A stretch of 62,736 nucleotides of DNA, counting the filler, from Vannella sp. (lineage: Eukaryota), in assembly GCA_023345925.1 (NCBI GenBank). It is 5 parts of 5 records of this genome, joined end to end, with 100 filler letters (N's around TTAATTAATTAA, not from the genome) between each part and the next. Parts side by side here need not be neighbours in the genome. Positions count along the whole stretch, not along the records: positions 21,987 to 51,586 come from JAJQQN010000780.1; positions 51,687 to 58,477 come from JAJQQN010000035.1; 3 more parts are not named here. One strand, written 5' to 3'. Shown here piece by piece: positions 43,076 to 54,847 of the stretch (positions within the stretch are counted from its first letter, which is position 1; each line of letters begins with the position of its first letter). The notes under the pieces were generated by a model that was given only the letters and a program-made list of their open reading frames with translations, was not told where the DNA came from and ran no database searches. The translations under genes and the position numbers were made by a program.

Positions 43076-45463
43076 ATGAAGGCGGCGGTCTTTACGCAGG
43101 AGATAATGGAGCGTATGGGCGTTCGGGAGAACGAGATTGACTCTCCTTCGGTCATTGAGAACTTTAGAGTGTGTTGCGAGGTGAAGGGAGCCTGGTGGGT
43201 GGTGACTGACGAGGGAGGATGCAGAAAATCGAGTTAGTGAGCGGCTCGACGAAGGAGTTCCGCCGTAAGCTTGGCAAACAAGTGCAATCGTCTATCCGTA
43301 AGCCATCCTCGACCATCACTTGCGTAGACCGGGTCATTGACCAGGACCTCCTCAGATACGACAGAGTTGTCTCGTGCAATGACTGATAGCCTCCTCAACG
43401 CGGCTCATACGGCCCCAGATGATACATGTCGTATGTATCTCTCTCTTGTATACACTCAAAGGCGCTACCTCCTCACAAAGAACCGTCTAGGAATCATGTT
43501 ACAGCGAGTGGGCGACTTTCAGAAGATTGTAGACGATATGATGGACTCTGTGGTAAGCTAACAATACCCAATGCACGACTGCTTTGTGTGACAAGAGTGA
43601 ATGGGCAGATGGTCGTCTTAACACAGAAAGTGTTCGATCCTTTGGAACGCTTTTCCCAGAACGAGCTGAAGGAGGCTATGGTACGTGCCATACCTATGCC
43701 ACGATGTTCTGGCAGAACCCCCTATCGGTTGTGCTGATGTACAAGGGAAGGCGGCCAAGAAGAAGTACGACAAAGTTCGTTTGAGCTACGAGACTTCGGT
43801 GACAGCTTTGCGGGCTGTGACGAAGAAGCAAAAGGTCAACTTGAACAAGGTTCTGGAAGCAGAGCTCTGCAAAGACACGTATGAAGAGGCCTTCAGGGCG
43901 GTGAGTGAAGAAACAACTGGCATTCTCTCTGCCACAGTAGAGAAGCACAATCTAGTCATGATCGACGCACTTTGCCACTATACAGACGCCTACAGCTCGT
44001 TCTTCGCCAATGCGTGTGTCTCTTTGCAGGACATGAAGGCTTCCGTGCAACGATCGAAGGAGATCGTCTTGGAGGTGAGGCTTCTCTCCACTCTCAGCTC
44101 TGAATCTTACTGTGGACCAGAGAACGAAGAAGATGGAGGAGGATCAAGCTCGCCTGGCTCTAAGCAAGCTGAAGTCATCGCAGAAGAAGGGCAATGTCAG
44201 TCCTTTTCTCCCTTTGGTAGGGAGCTGTGGGTGTCCTAACCCATGCTGCAGAGGGAGATGTTCGGGGCAAACTTGGAGGAGTACGCTGCAGTCCATGGAG
44301 GAGTGCCAGGTCCTATCCTCGAGGCCATTTCGCACATCCGTAAGAACGGATTGAAGACGGAAGGCATCTTTCGGGTCTCTCCCACTCGCACTGGCTTGGA
44401 TGATACGATCAATCTCATCGAGGAGGGCACCACTGTCCGCTGGGAGTCGTTGCCAGTTCATGTAGCCTGTGGAGCCGTCAAAGAGTTTATGAGGGAGATG
44501 CCTGAGCCTCTCATGACAAGTGGAATGTACGACCAATGGCTCAGCTTAGAAGAAGGAGGGGCTGATACTGGGCCACGAATTGAGGAGCTGACGAGACAGC
44601 TGCCTCCCACCCACCGCCGCCTCTTCCTCGAGATCATGCAGCTTTGCGCAGAGGCCATGGAGCACACAGAAGAGAGCATGATGGGTTCAAAGCAACTGGC
44701 TATTGTCCTGGCTCCCAACATGATTCACCAAGACATGAGCTCGACAGATCCAATAGCGGTCGTTGCTGCGATGGCCAGCTGTAACCAGGTGGTCTTCCAC
44801 TGTATCAACCACTTCTCCAGTAATCAGGATGTTCTCAGAGCCCTTCTGAGCACATGCAGTTCCCAGGAAAAGTGCCAAAAGGCCCCTCCAATCCTTGAGG
44901 CGCCCAGTTCTCCAGCGCCAAGTTCTCCATCACCAAGTCGATTGCAGACTCACATGAAAGGTACAAGAGCGCAAAGTGATACGTCCTCTGTTGAAGTGTC
45001 AGCGCGTCCTGCCGTGAGTGAACTGCGGCCTCCCAATCGTAAAGGCGCTCGGAGCAATTTAGATCCTCCCAAGTTGCGATCGAGCGCTAGCCAAGTGGTC
45101 ATTACAGCAACTGGTGTGGCATCAACAGTTCCCAAGCTGAGGAATGCCCCCACGGAGCCCAGGTTAGACATTACTGTGGAGGAGAGTGTCGAGATTGCTG
45201 TCGAGCAGGATCTGGACGATCTTATCGCTCCCTCCCATTTACCCTTCCCACAAGACATAGCCCTTCTCCCTCTCTTAACAGAGACACACCCAGAATCCCA
45301 GATCGAGTCTCCCACATCAGAAGCTCCTCCAGCGGCGAAGTCCCCTTCTCCATCACAAGCTCCATCACCTCCCCCTCCCACCACTCTTGCTCCTGAACCC
45401 AACCAATCCGATGAAGCCGCAGCAGCATGGAAACGCGGAGTCCTCCGCCGGCCAGAGGGATAA
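43076..45463 (+). CDS. BAR-domain plus RhoGAP protein
   Basis: Helical BAR-like exons (FDPLERF, KKKYDKVRLSYE), RhoGAP motifs EGIFRVS, KEFMREMPEPL, LAIVLAPNM, and a Pro-rich tail. Confidence 0.85.
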
Positions 45464-45550
45464 GAAAGAATGACCAAAAGGTGAATATTCTTATTTTCAG
45501 AAAAAGCGGGAAATCGGAACTGTGAATTCATTAGAGCGCATTATTTGTTG

Positions 45551-46671
45551 ATGGCGGGCGGGTTTACGTTTGGTGGTGGTGGGGCGACTGCTTTGGGGGC
45601 GCCTGCAACTCCCGTTGCGACTCAACCGAAGGTGACGGAGAAGACGATGTTCGAGGATCTTCCTGAAGAGATTCAGAAGGTCCTCGTCGCCCATCAGGTT
45701 CACATGCTGCAAATGGAGGAGATCTACGAGGAGATTGCGCAGCATTCTTATCAGCCTATTACAAAGATACACAGAAGTATTGATACAGAGAATCAGGTTG
45801 GTGCCTTCTGAACCCCCGCTCAGGAGCTGGCACTCATCTCTCTCGATCCCCTCAGAACCTGAAAGATCTTTCTGAGGTGCTGGAGCAGGACAGAAAGAAG
45901 GCGCAGGACTTCAATAACCTTGTAAGGAGGCAAATGCGTGAGGCAGATCAACAACTCCGTGCAGTAGTCCGGTGTAGCAATCCTTCACAGCTCCAAAGTG
46001 CTCCTCCACCCGCCTCCCTTCCCTCCCAGTACTTCTGGTCGCTCCTTCATGAGTTTGAGGCCCGGCTCCAATACTACAAGCTTCGAATCGACGACATAGA
46101 GAGTGCCCTGCACACACAAGGCCAACAACAAACCAACTCTTCCGGTAGGCAGCTCTCCCCGCGAGTGATCGCTCTCTCACCCTCCTGCAAGTGATCGGAG
46201 ACATCGTTCGATCCAACTACGACATCTTCCTTTCTGAGGCATCCAAGGTAGGAGCCAGACTCTCTTCATTCCCCAACTGGATCTGATCGATGAGCGGGAA
46301 AGGTCTCTGATCTGCACAAAAGGTTGCAGCTCATTCGCAAAGAGCTCATTCAGCACCTTGGTGAGGACCCTGCGCAGCGACACCGGTCCAGCAACCAAGC
46401 ACCTGCCGCTGCAAAGCCTTTTGAGCTGCCACCGGTCACGATGAGCCAACCCGCAACACCTGCCACAGGCGGGTTCCTGACAACTCCTTCAGCTGGTGGT
46501 TTGTTCGGTGGTGGCGCCACCCCAGCTGCATCTGCCTTCAGCTTCACGCCGTCCACAACAACCCAAGGCGGGGGCTTCAACTTTGGTGGGACAACTTCCA
46601 CAGCAGCACCTTCCACACCTCTCTTTGGTGCTAAGGCAGGTGGATTCGGATCCCTGCGCCGTTCCACCTGA
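45551..46671 (+). CDS. NUP58: FG nucleoporin, Nup58/Nup49-like
   Basis: FG motifs at both ends, TMFEDLPEEIQK and PSQYFWSLLHEFEARLQYYKLRIDDIE. Confidence 0.8.
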
Positions 46672-46706
46672 CAGAAGGAATCCACAAAGGGTTGAGGATA
46701 AGATTC

Positions 46707-47714
46707 TCACTCTTTGTTGAAGAGACGGCTGAAGAAGCTCTTCTGTTGCGGTGTGATAAAGCGAAGCTCTCGTGTTTCTCCCAGTAGGCGTGCAGTGGCG
46801 TCTCGGTAGGCTTCAGCGGCATCGGACTGTCCCAAGACAACTGGGCGACCAATGTTGATGCTCATTAGCACATCAGGGGACTCAGGGATAACACCACACA
46901 CAGGAATACCCAGCATCTCTTTGATGTCAGTCACGCTGAGCATATCGTCCTTGGCAACACGCTCTGGGTTGTAGCGGGTGATGAGCAGACTTTGATCGAC
47001 TGGTTCTCGTCCATCCACAGAGCGCTGGGCCTTGCTACTGATGAATCCGATCATCTTGTCAGAGTCTCTTACGGAGGAGAGCTCAGGGTTCGTGCAAATG
47101 ACGGCTTTGTCAGCGAACAGCATGGCGTGGTAAGCTCCTGACTCGATTCCAGCAGGACTGTCGCAGATGATGTAGTCACACGTCTTCCGTAGCTCATTCA
47201 AGACACGCTCGACCCCTTCCTCTGTCAGAACGGTCTTGTCCTTGGTCTGGGAAGCTGCAAGGATCATTAAGTTGGGGTTCCGCTTATCCTTGACAAGGGC
47301 TTGGTGGAGCTTTGCCTCGTCGAGGATCACGTTGACAAAGTCGTAGATGATACGTCGTTCCATTCCCTATCATCCTCTTCGTGAGTCCAAAGGCCAGGAT
47401 GGCAGAGAGATCGTACAAAGTGGATGTCAAGGTTGCGCAGTCCGACGTCAAAGTCGATGACACAGGTACGGAAGCCACGTTCAGCAAGTCCAAACCCTAT
47501 ACTAGCAGCAGTAGTTGTCTTTCCCACGCCACCTGAAAAGGTGAGCTTCTTCTGGACCATCAAACGGAAGTTCCAAACCTTTGCCTGAGGTTACAACGAT
47601 AACCTGTCCCTCCTTTCCTTTCTTCTGATCACAGTACCCCCTCATGACAACACTAGTCACTCTCCTTTGCCTCCAAACCCCCCTCACTGGCAGAGAACCG
47701 AGAAGCAGCGCCAT
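46707..47714 (-). CDS. minD: Septum site-determining ATPase MinD with mitochondrial presequence
   Basis: Spliced TSGKGGVGKTT, DFDVGLRNLD, DSPAGIE, NPELSSVRDSD and C-terminal amphipathic KSFFSRLF. Arg-rich N-terminal extension. Two GT-AG introns. Confidence 0.93.
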
Positions 47715-47812
47715 CGAGACAAGAAGGAAATGAAGGGAAACGCCCTCACTTCCTCGAAACTAGCGGGGACTTGGCAGTGGATGGAGGGGGAACGAAAACC
47801 ACTTGCATTTGA

Positions 47813-49394
47813 TCAATACCTTTCCCGTTCCAGTCCTCGAGACGGTCCCAGAGTCTCCTCTTGTTTGCGTTGGGGAGGATTGCCTGTTGGGAGGTTGTCT
47901 GTGAACTGGTATCGTTGTGGGTGTTGGGAAGGAGGTGGGTGAAAGTGTGGTTGGTGCATTGGGGTGGTCACTGGGGGAAAGTGAACCTCGAACCTGTTGA
48001 GTTGCTCTTCCGGTCTTCGACCAAACTGATGCTGTCCATGCGGGAATGGGCTGTGGGTTGGAGTGGAGAAGGGAGAGGGGAAGCTAACAGGTTCTCTTTG
48101 GTGGGGCGAGGACTTAGATCGATCCGTCTGCCCTGGACTGGACACTTCCTCAATGAAAGAGTTGGAAGGAGAGTTACTGGCGAGTTGAGTGAACCCCTGC
48201 AAGTAAGCAGGTGGGGATGGGGAAGAGGATCCTCCTCGCCCTCGCAATCGAACAAGGGTTGGCTCAAAGAGGCCCATTTCATGATATGCCCTGTCCACAG
48301 GCGTGCATTCTTGCATGCACATGGTCAGGAAAGCAGGTACGCCATCTTGGAACTCGATCTGCATGATGGAGAAGGCTGAGATGTGCTCTCCTGTGCCCCT
48401 CACTAACGGCGCTCGCACGGACAAGGATTCAACACGGCCACTGGCAATCAGACCAAAGAGTCTCTGGGTCTTCGGAAACTCAGAGGGGGGATACATCATG
48501 ACGCAAGTGTAGGCGGAGGAGAGGGCTTCCTGTGAGTGTTGAATGAGGTCAGCGAAACCTTGGGAGAAGGACTGGAGCTGGCAGATCCCTGACACCAGGA
48601 GCTTCCACCTCGATAGAGAGAGCCCAGAGAACAGTTGTTGTGTTCTCAGAGAAGCGTGGAGGGACTGGATCACCTTCTCCTGCTTCTCCTTCTCCTTTTG
48701 TAGCTCCATCACTTGTAACTGAAGCAAGTACTTCTCTGGGTCGATAGGAGAGGAGCCAGCGGGTCGAGGACTTGGTTGTCTTCGTTCAGAGTCTTGTGGC
48801 ACACTCAGAAACGCACTTGAGGGTGGAGCGGCTTCTGAATAATCAGGAAACATGGCAAAGCTGAGGTTCCCCAACAGTCCCCTTGAGTCTATTTACACTC
48901 GCGTCAGTGTTGTCATACTACATCACCCGCACTCACCTTCAACTTGGTGCTTCTCCTTCTTCTCCTTCTCCTTTTGCAGCTGCATCAATTGTAACTGAAG
49001 GAAGTACTTCTCTGGGTCGATAGGAGAGGAGCCAGGGTGTCGAGAACTTGGTTGCCTCCATTCAGAGTCTTGTGGTGCGCTCTGAAGTGCACTTGAGGGT
49101 GGGAGAGCAGGAGAGTTTTGAGTTATGACGAAGCTGAGTCCCTCTGCAGGTCCTTGGGAGTCTATGCGCTCTCTTGTCAGTATGATACACCACATCAGCT
49201 CCGCACTCACCTTCAACAGAGCGCTTCTCTCTTCTCTTCCGAGGAATGTCCGCGCAACCCGAAAGCCGCAAGCTCACACATCGAATACACGGCCGTTGGT
49301 CACTACACGCCGTTTTGGACTTGCGACAATGGCTACATGCCGCCCTCGTCTGCCTTCTCTTCGTCCCCAACAGAACGATCTCCTCCTGGTCCAT
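47813..49394 (-). CDS. Zn(II)2Cys6 binuclear-cluster transcription factor
   Basis: ACSHCRKSKTACSDQRPCIRCVSLRLSGC, coiled coil and Pro/Gln-rich tail. Two introns. Confidence 0.85.
48675..49217 (-). repeat. Tandem duplication of about 270 bp (intron plus exon)
   Basis: 48675-48943 and 48951-49217 share aagtacttctctgggtcgataggagaggagccag and ccgcactcaccttcaac. Confidence 0.92.
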
Positions 49395-49537
49395 CCAAGA
49401 GCTCGCAGTTCAACCAATCAATAAATGCCCATTTAGGGACGATTTTAAGTACTATCAGATAAGGATTTGGATTGAATGGTTTGGAAAGGAGCGAAATGTC
49501 GGCAAGTTGGGGAATTTTCTTTGGAAGCTTCCATTTT

Positions 49538-51397
49538 ATGATGGCGGGGCGGGAAAGTAAGGCGGAGGTTCGCGAGCGCCTGGGGTTGATGGGGGATGTC
49601 CTTTGTGGCAAGATGGATGAGGAGAGAGTCGATCTACTGGACCATTTTCTGCGGGCTGCCAATCGGTTGGCTGATCCGTTGGAGAGGGATCCTGGTGTGA
49701 TGTCACCGTCCCGCCCAGACTGGGTTCCTGAGCCAGAGGAAGACCTTATGGCCTATCTATCTGCGGCCACAAACGATCTTACATCGCCAACGTTATCTTC
49801 AACACAGTGGGAGCGGGTGAACCACCTTCTCATCTCCTCAACGAACCTTCGGGAGCGTCTCCTGTTTGGGTTCCGCCTGATCGACTTTCACTGCCGCGGA
49901 GTCATAACGGAGATTGATTTCATCAACATATGTTCGTCAATCCATGCCAGCCTCCGCTTTGTCGGGATCACAACGCCTCTCTTCAGTGCAGAGGAGTTTG
50001 GTCGTACACTCTTCACCACCTTAGCTCAGGGGAAGCCCTTCCTCACCCCTGCTACTTTCTATAGCGCATCTGTACTCAATTCACAATACCTCAAGAGCTC
50101 TGGGGCTTGGTCCATCCGGCATCCACCCACTTATCCAACCGAAGTTCTGGCCAACTCTTCAAACAGGGCCATTTCTCTCTCCACATACATCCCTTATGGT
50201 GAAACAGAAGAGTCAGAAGCTATTCTACGCCTTTCGGACACTATATTGTCGCTAATGTGTGGTATTGAGCTCTCTGCTTCTCATTTTCTGATACACCACA
50301 AGTCATCTGGTGCTGGGAATTCTCGCCTGCCTCAGGGCAGCGACTATACAATGGAAAGATGCGTTACTCTGCCCTTCATCTATGATGCTTCAGGTGCCCA
50401 ACAAGTGAATGAGCTCATAGAAGTGGCCCCTGTGGCTTTCAACTATCTTCGAGCCCTTCCTGGTATCCAGACTGAAGACTACTTGCAGTCCCTTGGAGTC
50501 TCCTCCTTCCTTGGAACGCTAATGCTTGGGAGCTTGAGCTTCTTTGGTCATGAAGTGTCTTCTGGGAAGAGCGGGAGCTCTTTCTTTATTTCCTGGGACG
50601 AAAGGTATCTTCTTAAGCGCATCCCTGAAAGAGAATCCCAAACTCTACGGCGAGTTCTCCCTCAATTAGCTCGTGTACGAACTACTTCTCTTCTTCTCTG
50701 TCACAAGCTAACCATTCAGACACTTTAGCATTACGAACATTATCCTGATACGCTTTTGAACCGGATTTATGGCCATTATGTGTATCGAGGGGAAGCTTAC
50801 ATCGTCTTGGAGAATCTCCTTGATGTGGATGTGCCCATCCACAGAGTGTACGATCTCAAAGGGTCAACACAGGGAAGGTCCAATCCGGGAGGGCGCGGTG
50901 TCTTCAAGGATTTAGACCTTGTTGATCGCTTGCAACTTGGAAAGAACCTTCCCCGCGTTCTTGAACAAATACGCGTGGACTCTGAAGTAAGTTCCCTTCC
51001 CAATATCACTGTTGGTGCTGATTGTCCTCAGTTTCTGGAGTCCATGGATATCATCGACTACAGCTTGATGGTGGGCGTACACTACTTAGACCAGCATGAG
51101 AATCATACAGACCAGTTCTTCAGGAACTTTAGCAGGACGAGGAGCCGAAAGAGAGCGAGCAATCGCTTCTCTGTGTTCCATCAAGAGTACCACGGCGGCT
51201 TGCTGTCAGAGAACAAGCAAGAGATTTACTTTTTGGGTATCGTTGATCATCTCACAACGTATGATCTCCGCAAGCGGGGCGAAACCTTTGCCAAGCGCCT
51301 CTTTCTCTCGTTGGGAAGTGTGAGCGACATCTCATGTGTGCCTCCCGTGGAGTACTCTAATCGCTTCCGCCAATTCATTCGGAGCGTGTGTGATTAG
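49538..51397 (+). CDS. Phosphatidylinositol-phosphate kinase (PIP5K family) with N-terminal EF-hand-like region
   Basis: FRLIDFHCRGVITEIDF EF-hand, GKSGS, YDLKGS, KDLD, IDYSL, GIVD, PP.EYSNRF. Confidence 0.88.
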
Positions 51398-51586
51398 ATG
51401 TAATACACTGCCAACATAGACTGGAACCTTGAGATTTATAAAGTCTGAAGGATGATCAGCTATGAGCTTGGAGCCGTAATGGGCTTTCAGCAGGGGTTTC
51501 TAAGTACATAAGGTGGGCGATGCTCAGAGGCATCTAATCGGAGCAGGTGATGAACTGGGAGGGCATTTCCAGCTGCATACTGCAGG

Positions 51587-51686
51587 NNNNNNNNNNNNNN
51601 NNNNNNNNNNNNNNNNNNNNNNNNNNNNNNTTAATTAATTAANNNNNNNNNNNNNNNNNNNNNNNNNNNNNNNNNNNNNNNNNNNN
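51587..51686. other. Assembly gap / artificial linker
   Basis: N run, TTAATTAATTAA, N run. Confidence 0.98.
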
Positions 51687-51823
51687 CCTTTGGCTGCCCT
51701 TTCTTCGAATCCTCTGCAAAGGATCGCGTCAACGTTGAAGAAGCCTTCTTTGAGCTGATCCGGGAGATTCGAATTGTTCCTGTCAAGGAAACCTAGAAGA
51801 GAGGCCATTGCACTCTCTTTTGA
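51687..51823 (+). CDS. 3' end of a Ras/Rap-family GTPase with in-frame TAG before the CaaX box
   Basis: [42 protein letters not shown]. Confidence 0.8.
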
Positions 51824-52002
51824 ACGATCCTTGCTGGGGTTAACGAGTCCACGCGTTCCCAGAAGGCACAACAGTTGAGCCAAGTTTGCTTTTCGAGTAT
51901 AAAAGACAAATTGGTTGAATCGAAAACTAGGGATTTACACTGCATAATTCTGCTGATTTTGTGGACAATTTAGTTATCTTGGCACTTCAATCATTTTTTT
52001 TC

Positions 52003-53849
52003 ATGCTCAAGAGAGCAGCTCGTTTGGGTCTGTGTCCACGACTGCTGCATATTCGGGCTTGCAGCACATCCAAACCTCGAGATGAGAATGGCTGGAAGAA
52101 ACCCTTGGCAGACTGGAAGGAAGCTGAAGAGTCGGTGACGAAGCAGTACTCTCTCATCCGCAAACGCCACCAGGCTGGATCGGAAACATTGGAGAATCTG
52201 GCACTCTTACCAACATACTCCCACGATCACGTGTTCCCCAACCACCTTCTCAAGTAAGTACTCTCGCCACCCAACCACTCTCCTCTCACCTGTGTGATTA
52301 TCAGCCTCTCGGACGTTGAAGTTTACGGGTTCGACTTTGACTTTGTCCTCGCCGCTTACACTCCTGCTCTCCAGCCGCTCATCTACGACCTGGTGAAGGA
52401 TATCATGGTCCACGACAAGAAGTACCCCGAAGACTTCCTCCACTTCCGCTACGATCCCGACTTTCCCATCCGCGGCCTTCACTTCGATTGCAAGCAGGGA
52501 GTCCTGATGAAGCTGGACTTCGTGTACAACATCAACGTCAACACAGTCTATCTTGGAAAGGAGCAGCTTCAGCCCCATCAGATCCTCAAGCGCTACCCAG
52601 GCTTGCATGTGAGTCGAGTGGATTGAGGGTCACCAGCCATTCGTCTTGGATGTCACTGACTTAAGAATAGCTCAAAAGGCAGTATGCTGAGGCCAATCTG
52701 AAGCACATTTCGGACCTGTTCGGACTCTCTGAGTGCTCCATCTTGGCGGACATTGTCCAATACTTCACTCAACGCGACATTGAATTCGACCCGGCCTCGG
52801 TATACCTGGTACTACTTACTCGTGCAGATCTTCTGGAACATTACTGACCAATGAGCCTCAAGGACGTTCGAGAAGCGGTTCAGATTGTCCACCGTAACAA
52901 ACTTCACGAGGCCATCCGGGCCGATATTCCCCGCTACGTTGAAGAGAAACCTCACCTTGGTTCTCTCCTCGCTAATCTACGTGACAACGGCAAGACCACG
53001 TTCATGTTGACCAATAACCACTATCCTAATGTGGATTATCTGATGCGTTTTATCGTTCCTGAGCTTCCTGCTGGTGTAAGATACCGCTGAAGCTTTACTT
53101 TCTTGTTTTTACTTACATTGGAGCAGCACAAGGACTGGAACTCACTCTTTGATGTGGTTATCACTCGGGCTGGGAAACCTCGATTCTTCACAGATATCGA
53201 CCGCCCCTTCCGCCAGCTCAATAAGGAGAGAGATGCTGTTCTGTGGAGTCCAGTGGAGAACCTAGAGCATCACGAAGTCTATCGGGACGGATGCCTTACT
53301 GTGAGTCTCGAAGCCGAGTGAACGGAATTGGAATTGGCTCTAACTGAGGGCCAGACCATGCAAAAGTTGACCAAATGGGGAAAGAGAAGTGTCTTGTATA
53401 TGGGAGACCACATTCAAAACGACCTTATCGATGCGGTGAAGCATTGGGGATGGCGAACTTGTGCAATCATCAAGGAACTTGATGAGGCCATTGCCTGCCA
53501 CAACTCTATCCCCTACCGAACCTCTCTATCTTTCTACGAGCAACTCTACGTTCTCCATTCCTCAGCTTCTCGACAACTCCCAAGTGACCATCCTCTTGTG
53601 GCGAAACTTGAACGCCATATTTCCTCCCTCACTCGCGAGCTGATGCTCCATCGCCATCCAAAGTTTGGTTGTGTGTTCAAGTCGGGTACCAAGGAGACTA
53701 TCATTGCCTACCAACTCCTTTGCTTCGCCGACATCTACACCTCGCAAGTGGAGAACATTTTGAGCGCTCCACTTGGGAGTACCATCACGCCATGCCGCCG
53801 CCTTATGGCCCATGACATCACGATCACTCCTAACCTCTTCATGACCTGA
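52003..53849 (+). CDS. 5'-nucleotidase domain-containing HAD phosphatase (NT5DC/cN-II family), probably mitochondrial
   Basis: GFDFDFVL, FPIRGLHFD, LTN, AGKPRFF, LYMGDHI..DL, GWRT and ADIYTS. Arg-rich presequence. Confidence 0.9.
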
Positions 53850-54409
53850 TCATCAGCTCGTCCGGACTGTTTCCTTTCAACTAAACCAGCCTCTCCCCCA
53901 CCGGGCTTCGGAGGCGCGTCCATCTTGAAGTTCCCTGTAGATCGACTTGGCTTCTGTTGAAACCCCACAAAAGTACTGCCACAAAGGCGGGATCCCACAA
54001 GTGAAAGCATTTCAGGTAAGTTGAAAGCCAGGTGGGACGATCAGTCAGCTAAAACTTTCACGGCAGATCAAATGGTCCCTCGAGAGCCCTAAACGGGACC
54101 CTGCGAGTGTACTCGTTCCCTTTGCCAAGAGAAACTCCTCTGTGGTGTTATGCAGACACTGAACGTCACGTTCAATGCCTGATCTCCATGGTGGTACATC
54201 TCTTTACGTCATTCAACAACAAACTAGAACATCAAACATGGTAGAGACGAGGAGAGAAGAGGAGAGATCCGCAGCCGGGATGAGAGTGCTCGATCTCGTC
54301 TCTGTGTTTTGCTCCCCGACGTACTTCAGCCGGGCGGCTTTTCGAGGTGCATAAATCACGTTTAATGGCCACAGTACAAGCCAGGAGACGATGAGACTGC
54401 CAAGTAAGC

Positions 54410-54706
54410 TTAGTTGAACTTCTTGGGGCCACCAGCAGCGTACGCAGCGACTTGTGGTTCCCACTTGGCGGTGGGCTTCTCCTCTCCGAAACCATCAGAG
54501 TAGTTACCCTTCTCGGCGAAGAGTTGCTTGAAATGAGGCTTGCAGTAGTACTTTCCACTCAGAGCAGCAAAGTTACCCAAGCTGAGGGACTTTTGGCAGT
54601 GCTCGCACTTCATGCAAGTCTTGTGGAAGATCTTGTTGTCGGCGACCATGCGCTCCATAGCATAAGCAGTCTTGCCGCACACTACGCACTTCTCGTTGGC
54701 AGACAT
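54410..54706 (-). CDS. Single LIM-domain protein (LIMD2-like)
   Basis: CVVCGKTAY..FHKTCMKCEHC..YCKPHFKQLF..KGNY. Confidence 0.9.
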   Translation of the reverse strand: MSANEKCVVCGKTAYAMERMVADNKIFHKTCMKCEHCQKSLSLGNFAALSGKYYCKPHFKQLFAEKGNYSDGFGEEKPTAKWEPQVAAYAAGGPKKFN

Positions 54707-54847
54707 ATGGCGGACGGAGAAAAAGTGAGTTAGACGGAGGACAAACGACAACCAATCGCCATTTCCTTGAACAATCGGACACCAGTTTCCCAAAATTTTG
54801 TTGTCCCAGAATTGTGATTGAATCCATAGGATTAAATAATATTATCA

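Noticed and set aside
53840..54210. Possible ncRNA (CTGATGA on the minus strand) or small spliced gene
   Set aside because: Hammerhead core stems and GAAA spacing do not fit. There is an intron-like GTAAGT...CAG but no supportable start or homology.
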